A stretch of DNA of 64,000 nucleotides from an uncultured SAR324 cluster bacterium (GTDB taxonomy: Bacteria > SAR324 > NAC60-12). The notes beneath the pieces are model-generated. The model had not been told where the DNA came from. It searched no databases and saw only the letters and a program-made list of their open reading frames with translations. Below, piece after piece: positions 1 to 7,471 of the stretch (position 1 is the first letter of the stretch; each line of letters opens with the position of its first letter). Both the position numbers and the translations under genes were made by a program. The stretch lies in contig CAJJCY010000003.1 of assembly GCA_905182865.1 (NCBI GenBank), positions 586,054-650,053 on the forward strand, given 5' to 3'.

Positions 1-665
1 GCATGCGAAACTCCGTATCCAGCCTGCGCGATCAGACTTGATACTTCCTGTATGCCGGTGCCGGACGCACCTATGATTCCAATGGCTCCTTGTGGGATCT
101 GGTTGGCAAAGGCAAGAGGTACACCACCGATGATGGCGGTCCCACAGTCTGGTCCCATGACCAACAACCCAGCCGCAACAGCTTCACGCTTGAGCGAGAC
201 CTCTTCGGAGAGCGAAACGTTATCACTGAACAGCATTACGTTCAGTCCAGCACGAAGGGCCTTGCGCGCCTCGGCTGCAGCAAAGTCCCCCGGAACTGAA
301 ATCAGGGCAAGGTTTGCAGCGGGCAGAATGTCTTGTGCCGAGCGCAATGTTCTGGGACGCAAAGTGGTAGTCCCCGTATGGCCAACCGTAGGCCGTTCCA
401 GCAGGATCTCGGCCTTGGCCAGAGCACTTGCCGCAGCGGTTTCATCCCGTGCCCTGACAGCGAGTATAAGATCTCCCCCAGTGGCTTTGCGGCTAGCTCT
501 TGCCAGAAGTTTGGCGTTATCGAGAAGGTCGAGGTTGGAAGGGGTTCCAATCATGAGGGCGGCATCCTCAACCCCGTCAAGACGAGTGATGGAGCGGGAA
601 ATCTGCATTAGTATCACCGAGTCAAGAAACAGTCCAGCACAGACGCGGTTCACAATTTTACTCAT
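1..665 (-). CDS. fdrA: FdrA/AllF-family protein (succinyl-CoA-ligase-like fold; oxamate carbamoyltransferase subunit family). N-terminal 221 codons only; the 3' end runs off the window.
   Basis: Not in the ORF track because it is truncated by the window edge. My translation of the minus strand from ATG 665-663 gives MSKIVNRVCAGLFLDSVILMQISRSITRLDGVEDAALMIGTPSN...ANLALISVPGDFAAAEARKALRAGLNVMLFSDNVSLSEE...LLVMGPDCGTAIIGGVPLAFAN...GIIGASGTGIQE, open to position 1. These blocks match E. coli FdrA as I remember it (DSVSLM, ANLALISVAGEY, LLVMGPDCGT, GASGTGIQE). ATGA start/stop overlap with the upstream gene. Confidence 0.8.
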   Translation of the reverse strand, partial: MSKIVNRVCAGLFLDSVILMQISRSITRLDGVEDAALMIGTPSNLDLLDNAKLLARASRKATGGDLILAVRARDETAAASALAKAEILLERPTVGHTGTTTLRPRTLRSAQDILPAANLALISVPGDFAAAEARKALRAGLNVMLFSDNVSLSEEVSLKREAVAAGLLVMGPDCGTAIIGGVPLAFANQIPQGAIGIIGASGTGIQEVSSLIAQAGYGVSH

Positions 666-1936
666 CTTACCCCCAGTCGAGTCGCCAGTGCTTTCAGAGC
701 CAGTTCAAAACAAGCCAGAGGTGCTTTTACGACACCTGCTCCGACCTGACCGATTCCCGGTTTGCGGTGAGCAATGCCAGTGTTAATTGTTGGAGTAATA
801 CCCGTTTCCACCACCAGACGTATGTCGATTCCGGTCGGCACCCCCTGATAATCAAGAGCTGGAATTGTCCATTCGGGGTTTTGTGTGAGCGTAATCTCAC
901 CCATGGTGCGGGTAAAATCGGCTGCAATGGACGGTGTTCCCGCACCGACGAAACCAGCAACGGCTGGAGCCGCTGCCATGGCAAACCCTCCAAGCCCGAT
1001 TGTCTCGACAATGGTGGAGTCCCCCATGTCAGGATTGGCATCGTCGGCACTAAATCCAGGAAAATAAAGACCCTCTGGCATTTCCACTGGAGCGGTGAAC
1101 CATTCATCGCCAAGACCACTTACGCGAATACCGAAGTCGGTACCATTACGGGTCATCGCGGTGACAACGCTGGAGCAGTCGATGTCACACACTGGATCCA
1201 TGATCGCCTTACCCAAGGCCATGGCCAAGTTGAGAAAGAACTGGTCATTTGAACCGATGAAGGATAGCATTTCGGCCAATGCGGTGCGATCATCCACGGT
1301 TCGTGCAAGGTCCGGGGCTAACGTCCGTAACAGCAGGCTTGAACAACCAAGGTTACGCTGGTGCATCTCATCACCCATGGTGAGCCCACGGGCGACCAGT
1401 GGTTTGAGCTCGATCCCCTTACCAGCACGAAGGGCGACACCGAGTGCCGGACCCAGTGTATCCCGTAGCCAGCCCAAACGCTTTAGCACAGATGCATCGT
1501 TTCCACCGAAACGCATCACCTTTCCAAGTCCCTCGTTGATGGTGCAGAAAGCATGGTTTCCGCTAGCTCGGTTCTCCACCACCAGCACCGGCTGGCTGAG
1601 TGTGGTCATACCTGTCATAGGGCCAACCGCACCAAAATCATGGTTTGGATTAAGACTAAATGCCCCAGACTCAGCCAATTGTTCTGCCTCGGCAAGGTCT
1701 GTGGCCCAACCCTCAAAGACTGCAATGCCAGTGACAGCTCCACGCATTGGCCCGCACATGTTTCCCCAGTCGATAGGAGGACCGGCATGAAGAATCATGC
1801 CCTCCTGAAGTGCTGGGATCGCCTCGCTTGCCGGGACCACGTCAATCAGTACCGGTTTGGCTTCGAGTATCCGACGGATGGCCTCCGCATTGGCCTTACG
1901 TATGTTCGAACCCACTTTCTCCGATGTAGTCATCAT
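662..1936 (-). CDS. ylbE: DUF1116 (YlbE/AllG-family) protein
   Basis: 424-aa ORF with ILHAGPPIDWGNMCGPMRGAVTGIAVFEGWA and SLNPNHDFGAVGPMTG blocks typical of DUF1116 as I recall the family. It sits directly upstream of fdrA-like with 4-nt ATGA overlaps at both ends, and is linked to carbamate kinase as in E. coli fdrA-ylbE-ylbF-ybcF. Confidence 0.8.
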   Translation of the reverse strand: MMTTSEKVGSNIRKANAEAIRRILEAKPVLIDVVPASEAIPALQEGMILHAGPPIDWGNMCGPMRGAVTGIAVFEGWATDLAEAEQLAESGAFSLNPNHDFGAVGPMTGMTTLSQPVLVVENRASGNHAFCTINEGLGKVMRFGGNDASVLKRLGWLRDTLGPALGVALRAGKGIELKPLVARGLTMGDEMHQRNLGCSSLLLRTLAPDLARTVDDRTALAEMLSFIGSNDQFFLNLAMALGKAIMDPVCDIDCSSVVTAMTRNGTDFGIRVSGLGDEWFTAPVEMPEGLYFPGFSADDANPDMGDSTIVETIGLGGFAMAAAPAVAGFVGAGTPSIAADFTRTMGEITLTQNPEWTIPALDYQGVPTGIDIRLVVETGITPTINTGIAHRKPGIGQVGAGVVKAPLACFELALKALATRLGVR

Positions 1937-2154
1937 TCATTCAGCTTAGAAAGGAGGTTCGCCAGTTCTACATCTCCACGTGCAGGAGGTGACCAGTCCA
2001 CATGCACCACTACTGTTCCCTGTTTCGTAAGTTCATCAGCAAAGGATGCGAGTCCAAGATTTATAACTTGAGGGGGACCATTCAGGAGAGACTGCTGTAC
2101 CGTCTTTTCCTTAATCTGGGCACCACTCTTCTGTTGGTCGGATGCTTTGTTCAT
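1933..2154 (-). CDS. Small protein resembling the C-terminal tail of FdrA-family proteins
   Basis: 73-aa ORF. Both ends overlap neighbouring genes by 4 nt, indicating translational coupling. PQVINLGLASFADELTKQGTVVVHVDWSPPARGDVELANLLSKL resembles the E. coli FdrA C-terminus as I remember it (VAVINIGLRSFALELQSASKPVVHYQWSPVAGGNKKLARLLERL). Confidence 0.5.
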   Translation of the reverse strand: MNKASDQQKSGAQIKEKTVQQSLLNGPPQVINLGLASFADELTKQGTVVVHVDWSPPARGDVELANLLSKLNE

Positions 2155-3386
2155 TGATTGTAGACCTTGTAGGCAGCATCCACCCCGGCACCTGGAGGTG
2201 CGGCGAAACCGTTACGCCGCATCACAATCTCAAGCGCACTGAGACAACGCAGGATGTTGGCCTTGTGACACACATAGCCCATCGTGCCAATTCGCCAGAT
2301 TTTTCCGCGTAAAGGACCGAAAGAAGTCCCGATTTCGAGGCCAAAGTCATCCAGTAACTGTTTCCGTACTTGCTCTCCGTCTCCAAGCGCATTTGGGATA
2401 AAGACTCCAGTCACGTTGTCCATCCGGTAACGTTCGTTTCCAAAGAGTTTTAGATTCATGGCTGTGAGACCTGCGCGAAGGGCTTGACTGGTGATGCGAT
2501 GACGGGCAAAACCCGCTTCTAATCCTTCGCGGAGAACTTCCTGAGCGCATGTATGGGCAGCGTAGAGCATAGAAGTAGCCTCGGTGTGATGATTGAGACG
2601 CTTAGAACTCCAGTAATCCATCAGCATTGCAAGGTCAAAGTAATTCGACTGCACGATCACTCCATCAGCATCGGAGGAATCCTCGGATCGGATACCAGCC
2701 TCGACATGCTTGCGTGCGTTCACGATTTCAGCAACGCGGTCGTTGATCGTGAGTGGTGAGGATCCTGGCGGACCTGAGAGGCATTTCTGTAACCCTGCTG
2801 TGACTGCATCAAGACACCACTTGTCAACCTCGATCGGCATACCTCCTAATGTTGCAGTTGCGTCCACGTAAACGACTGTGCCAGCCTCGCGGCATAAAGG
2901 GCCAATCTCATCTAGCGGCTGTGCCATAGTTGTTGACGTGTCCCCATGGACCAAAGCTACAAAACGCGGCTGGTGTGTGCGGATTGCATCGGCGATCTGC
3001 TCAGGTTCAAACACCGTTCCCCATTCAGTTTCAATGTTGATCACTTCCGCTTGGCAGCGTCTCGCAATTTCTGTCAGGAGGTGGCCAAAACGACCGAAAA
3101 TCGGGACCAACACCCGGTCGCCGGGTGATATCATTGAACTTAGACATGCCTCAATTCCCGCACGGGCTGTGCCATTGACCAGGAATGTCCATTGGTTGCG
3201 AGTTCGGTATACCTGCCGATAGAGCGCCATGACTTCGTCCATATAACCGGTGAACTGGGGGTCGAACTGACCTAGCATCGGCAATGACATGGCTCTCAAT
3301 ACTGCTGGGTATACATTAACCGGTCCAGGGCCCATCAAGAGGCGTTGTTCTGGTTCCAGCGTTTTGAGTTCTAAATGGTTCATCAA
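2151..3386 (-). CDS. Class V aminotransferase (serine/alanine-glyoxylate type). Candidate ureidoglycine-glyoxylate aminotransferase (PucG-like).
   Basis: 411-aa ORF with an AGXT/SPT-like sequence (LLMGPGPVNV..., GDRVLVPIFGRFG, HGDTSTT, VDATATLGG). The operon context is ureide catabolism. Confidence 0.75.
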   Translation of the reverse strand: MMNHLELKTLEPEQRLLMGPGPVNVYPAVLRAMSLPMLGQFDPQFTGYMDEVMALYRQVYRTRNQWTFLVNGTARAGIEACLSSMISPGDRVLVPIFGRFGHLLTEIARRCQAEVINIETEWGTVFEPEQIADAIRTHQPRFVALVHGDTSTTMAQPLDEIGPLCREAGTVVYVDATATLGGMPIEVDKWCLDAVTAGLQKCLSGPPGSSPLTINDRVAEIVNARKHVEAGIRSEDSSDADGVIVQSNYFDLAMLMDYWSSKRLNHHTEATSMLYAAHTCAQEVLREGLEAGFARHRITSQALRAGLTAMNLKLFGNERYRMDNVTGVFIPNALGDGEQVRKQLLDDFGLEIGTSFGPLRGKIWRIGTMGYVCHKANILRCLSALEIVMRRNGFAAPPGAGVDAAYKVYNQ

Positions 3387-3436
3387 CTTGTTCTAATACT
3401 AAGAGATTGGAAATTCAATGTGGCTGTTTTTAGCTT

Positions 3437-4402
3437 CTACTGATCTGGAAAGATATGGGTGCCTGCTTTGCCAAGTAGTGCAGGCATTGCTTCATCAAGA
3501 TGCGCTATGGTCGCACGTTTTCCTCCACCTTCGATAAAACGAATTGCCGCTTCAATTTTAGGTCCCATACTACCCGCAGGGAACTGTCCTTCTTCAAAAT
3601 ATTTTTTTGCTTCTGAAACGGTGATTTGACCCAGTTCCTGTTGTTCCGGTTTTCCGAAGTTTATCGCAACTTGAGAAACAGCTGTCAGGATCATGATATC
3701 CTTGAATCCAAGCACATTTGCCATGTGGGCTGTAGTCAGGTCTTTGTCGATAACTGCTTCAACTCCACTTCGCAAGCCTTGACTGTTGCGGACAACCGGA
3801 ACACCGCCACCTCCGCCTGCAATAACTATAGTACCATTACTTGATAAGGATTCAACAAGAGAAATATCACAAATATGTTTGGGTTTTGGAGAGGCAACTA
3901 CCATGCGCCAACCACGTCCTGAATCTTCTTTCATCGTCCATCCCATTTTTTCTGAAAGATCTTTGGCTTCTTTCTCGTTGTAAAAATAACCCACGGGCTT
4001 GGTTGGATTCTTAAATCCAGGATCATTTGCGTCAACTTCAACCTGTGTCACCAGACCAACGACATGACGCTGGTTTCCGACTTTCCTCAAGGCATTTTCG
4101 AAAGCCTGCACCAGAAGATAAGCCGTCACACCCTGCGTGTTGGCTACGCAAATATCCAAAGACATTGGTGCAACCTGTTTATGGGCTAGGGCTTGACGCA
4201 TCAGGACCTTGCCAACCCCGGGGCCATTACCATGGGTAATTATCAACTCGTTTTCAAGTTCTAACAGCGGTAACAAAACATCTGCCGTTTCTTCAGCAAT
4301 GGCAACCTGTTCTTCAGATGTACCTTTTATTCCGGCCGGGTGAATCGCATTGCCGCCAAGAGCAACAATAATTCGTTTGGGAAATTCTTTGTTTGAATTC
4401 AT
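3437..4402 (-). CDS. arcC: Carbamate kinase
   Basis: 321-aa ORF with IIVALGGNAI, ITHGNGPGVG, IAGGGGGVPV and AVIDKDL, which are canonical carbamate kinase motifs. Confidence 0.9.
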   Translation of the reverse strand: MNSNKEFPKRIIVALGGNAIHPAGIKGTSEEQVAIAEETADVLLPLLELENELIITHGNGPGVGKVLMRQALAHKQVAPMSLDICVANTQGVTAYLLVQAFENALRKVGNQRHVVGLVTQVEVDANDPGFKNPTKPVGYFYNEKEAKDLSEKMGWTMKEDSGRGWRMVVASPKPKHICDISLVESLSSNGTIVIAGGGGGVPVVRNSQGLRSGVEAVIDKDLTTAHMANVLGFKDIMILTAVSQVAINFGKPEQQELGQITVSEAKKYFEEGQFPAGSMGPKIEAAIRFIEGGGKRATIAHLDEAMPALLGKAGTHIFPDQ

Positions 4403-4428
4403 GTAATAACGCCTAAATGGTATTGATT

Positions 4429-5430
4429 TTATTGAATAACAAAAACATTGAACAATTCGGATATTTCCAGTGCATCAAGGTTTGCATCCAGAGCCAAAGA
4501 CAAAAGCAATGCTGATTTTTGCGGATTAAGCAAACCTGACGGAAAAACTTTTTTACTTTTGACAGGAGTCATGGTTTCCGCTAGAACTGTAACCTTTGAC
4601 ACCCGAGAAGAAACGACGACAGTGCATCCAGAATTTGCCGTTTCAGCGACTATTCTATTCAGGTTGTCAGGCATTGTACCACCTCCAAATCCTGCCACCA
4701 CCAATCCTTTACAAGCATTTCCCTCAAAATCGGCAAGTGGCTGATCTCCGCAACCAGCACGAAGTAAAACAATATCTACAAACGGCAACTCGTCATCATT
4801 CCGCAAATGGTTGTGGAATCGTCCCACTAGCGGAGAAAGATTTGGTGATCCGAAAAGCAAAAGGCTTTCACCGACAATCTTTCCTATCGGCCCACCGGGA
4901 TAAGCATGAAAAGAATCTAGTGCCACAGAATCAGTTTTGATGATTTGCCATCCGGGAATCACCAAACCGTTCATTACTACAAGCAATCCATGACTTTGAA
5001 GTTGCGGAGAAGTGGCTGCAAGAACCGCTTGAAATATATTCGCAGGGCCGTCTGCACTAAGTGCGGTGCTGGGACGCATGGCTGCAGTTAAAACTACCGG
5101 TTTTTTTGGTTTGCACACCAAATCAAGAAAAAAAGCTGCTTCTTCAAGTGTGTCGGTTCCGTGGGTAACAACAACGCCGTCAACTTCTGAGTCTGCTGTT
5201 AACTCCTCAATTCTTCGGGCCAGTATTCGCCATTGGTACGGTCCAAGATTTTCAGAACCCGTGGCAAACATGGTTTCTGAATTAACATCAGCCAATCTTT
5301 CCAAACCATCAATTGCTCCGACAAGTTCGGAAGCATCTACGCGCCCGGACTCATAAGCCGCATCTGTTGCCGTAGAACCAGTTCCGGAAATCGTTCCACC
5401 GGTGCCTATAACATGAATTTTCGGTTTGAT
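4429..5430 (-). CDS. L-asparaginase-family amidohydrolase (type I-like), probably with a non-canonical ATC start
   Basis: The track ORF starts at TTG 5304 and contains HGTDTLEE. The same frame stays open upstream to TGA 5448-5446 and encodes (I)KPKIHVIGTGGTISGTGSTATDAAYESG, which carries the catalytic TGGTI motif. There is no ATG/GTG/TTG upstream of that motif. An AGAGG (complement of 5436-5440) lies 5 nt before ATC 5430-5428. Confidence 0.7.
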   Translation of the reverse strand: MKPKIHVIGTGGTISGTGSTATDAAYESGRVDASELVGAIDGLERLADVNSETMFATGSENLGPYQWRILARRIEELTADSEVDGVVVTHGTDTLEEAAFFLDLVCKPKKPVVLTAAMRPSTALSADGPANIFQAVLAATSPQLQSHGLLVVMNGLVIPGWQIIKTDSVALDSFHAYPGGPIGKIVGESLLLFGSPNLSPLVGRFHNHLRNDDELPFVDIVLLRAGCGDQPLADFEGNACKGLVVAGFGGGTMPDNLNRIVAETANSGCTVVVSSRVSKVTVLAETMTPVKSKKVFPSGLLNPQKSALLLSLALDANLDALEISELFNVFVIQ

Positions 5431-5463
5431 AGTAACCTCTTTTCAACTGTCGTTTACCGTGCT

Positions 5464-6483
5464 TCAAACACCGCAGATATTTGCCAATAAGGACATCCGG
5501 AGAGGCACAGAAAATCCTATCTGCTTGAAATAAAGTTCGTGTTCACTGGCATCAATCGCAAAATCAAACTCACCTTCGTTTCGAGGGAGGGAGTGCATCA
5601 GGCCAACAGTCTTGCCGCTTTTTTGTTTTATTTTCTGAAGTCCTTCAAGAGTGAAGTAGAATTCAGCCATTTTTTTCAAGAAATCATCTCGTCCGGGATC
5701 CCCCTTTTTCACAGAACAACCGGGAAGATACAGGAGATCAACTCCTTCATCGGCAAGCATTTCTTCGTGCTGCCCAATAGTCAAATCGTTAACTTCGGTG
5801 AAATTGGCGTTCATTGCTTTCAACTTTTCGCGGATGACTGTAGGTACTCCCAGACCTGTAGTCCCTGAATAAATAAGTTTGGCTCCCATACGTGCCAGTC
5901 CAAGCCCGAAAGACTGGCCGGATCGCGCTCTTGACAAATCAGGTGTAGCGATCATGACGGTCATTTCTTTGAAATCGCCTCCAAGGGCACGATATGCCGT
6001 GTACATGTCCAGTAGCCCCTGAGTCGGGTGGGTTACGTTACCGTAACCTCCACTGATGATTGGCGAAGCATCGCTTCCCAATTGCTCTATGGTGTCAATA
6101 ACGCCTTCATCAGGATGGCGCAAGACGATGACATCTGCGTACTGAGAGGTCACTCTAAGAGAATCATAAAGGGATTCCCCCTTTGCGGCAGCAGAACTGA
6201 CCAAAGGATTGGATTCTGTAATGACATTACCACCCAGCCGAAACATTGCCGTTTCGTGACTGAAACGTGTACGGGTACTTGGTTGAAAAAACTGTGTGCA
6301 GAGTATCTTCCCTTCAAGCAACGGGATACGGTTACGCCAAAATGGTTCAAGCATTTCTGCTGTCTTGAAGATGTTTTCGAGTTCTGTAGACGAATAATCG
6401 TCAATGAAAATTAAATGCTGCCCTTTGATACCGGTTTTCTCAATTTGCTTAAAAGTATCATCCTTAATAAATGTAAGTGTCAT
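5464..6483 (-). CDS. Aspartate/ornithine carbamoyltransferase-superfamily enzyme of unknown second-substrate specificity
   Basis: 339-aa ORF. It has the carbamoyl-phosphate motifs QPSTRTRFSHE and THPTQGLLD, and a C-terminal HSLPR (ATCase has HPLPR). The ATCase aspartate-binding block after D(I/V)LYMTRVQKER reads DLLYLPGCSVKKGD here. Confidence 0.8.
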   Translation of the reverse strand: MTLTFIKDDTFKQIEKTGIKGQHLIFIDDYSSTELENIFKTAEMLEPFWRNRIPLLEGKILCTQFFQPSTRTRFSHETAMFRLGGNVITESNPLVSSAAAKGESLYDSLRVTSQYADVIVLRHPDEGVIDTIEQLGSDASPIISGGYGNVTHPTQGLLDMYTAYRALGGDFKEMTVMIATPDLSRARSGQSFGLGLARMGAKLIYSGTTGLGVPTVIREKLKAMNANFTEVNDLTIGQHEEMLADEGVDLLYLPGCSVKKGDPGRDDFLKKMAEFYFTLEGLQKIKQKSGKTVGLMHSLPRNEGEFDFAIDASEHELYFKQIGFSVPLRMSLLANICGV

Positions 6484-6522
6484 AGTTTTCTATCTTAAAA
6501 AAATTAGAAATAAAGTTATTGG

Positions 6523-7293
6523 TTAGATATCCGCATCACGGTTCATATCTTTGCTGTAGATGTACCATAGCGGTTCACGCCCGGTGGTATAGGCAGCTTG
6601 CTGGGTGAACGGTCCAAACCAGATAAAATCTTCCTTCTGCACCGACAACCATTCATCACCAAGCAAGTAAAGACCTTGTCCGCCAAGCAGATAGGCACCA
6701 TGTTCCTGAACATGAGTTTCCACGAAAGGATGACAGCCGTCAGGCATAAATTTGAGCGTATGCATATTCATGTCGAACTCCAGATCATTGGGCAATAAAT
6801 CACGCAGAAATACATTGTCCATTTCATCATAAATGTTCTCTTCAATCTTGTTGATGTCTCCAAAAACGATCCATGGTTTCAGGTCACCCAAAGGGACATA
6901 ACGTTGTTTGTACAGTAGAACACGAACTGACTCAGAAGACGAGTTTTCAAATTCAATGCCTGTATCCGGTGGTGCAAACGCATAACCTCCGGCCTTTAAT
7001 TTTTCGGTTATGTCTCCGACACGAACCTTAAGTTCACCGTCCCCATCCATTACAAACAGGAAGGTCTCAACTCCTGGAGCCTCAACGAATGGAACTAATG
7101 TTTTTCCTCCTGCTTCAACGCTTCCGACATACTGTACAAAGCTTGCGCCGTGTTTTGGTGAGGCGATAATCGTAAGTTTGCATCCCTCAAAACCGGGGAT
7201 GGAATTAATAACCCTCCCTTCTGGAGGAATGATAGTAAAGATTCCGGGTTTTATAACGGCTCGACTTTCAAGAAATCCTTTTGGGTACGGCAT
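6523..7293 (-). CDS. allE: (S)-ureidoglycine aminohydrolase (bicupin, YlbA/AllE family)
   Basis: The 256-aa ORF has the length and two-cupin layout of AllE/UGlyAH (…FVETHVQEHGAYLLGGQGLYLLGDEW…), in a ureide-operon context. Confidence 0.8.
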   Translation of the reverse strand: MPYPKGFLESRAVIKPGIFTIIPPEGRVINSIPGFEGCKLTIIASPKHGASFVQYVGSVEAGGKTLVPFVEAPGVETFLFVMDGDGELKVRVGDITEKLKAGGYAFAPPDTGIEFENSSSESVRVLLYKQRYVPLGDLKPWIVFGDINKIEENIYDEMDNVFLRDLLPNDLEFDMNMHTLKFMPDGCHPFVETHVQEHGAYLLGGQGLYLLGDEWLSVQKEDFIWFGPFTQQAAYTTGREPLWYIYSKDMNRDADI

Positions 7294-7471
7294 ATTATTT
7301 TATCCTTATATTTGGTTTATGTCCCTCAACAGAAAAAAATATTTAAAGGACTGTGGTTTACTTTATATTAATGATTTGCGCAATTATCATGGTCTAAAAA
7401 GGTAGACTTCACATTCCGAATAATAGGTTCTATTAGCGTGATAACTTGAAATTCAGGTATCAAAAAATCCA

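Noticed and set aside
52-2071. Long plus-strand ORFs (52-786, 767-1252, 1095-1790, 1553-2071) opposite fdrA and DUF1116.
   Set aside because: They lie antisense to well-supported genes in a GC-rich block where stop codons are rare. Their products are low-complexity Ala/Arg/Ser/Pro sequence with no recognisable motifs. They are typical shadow ORFs.
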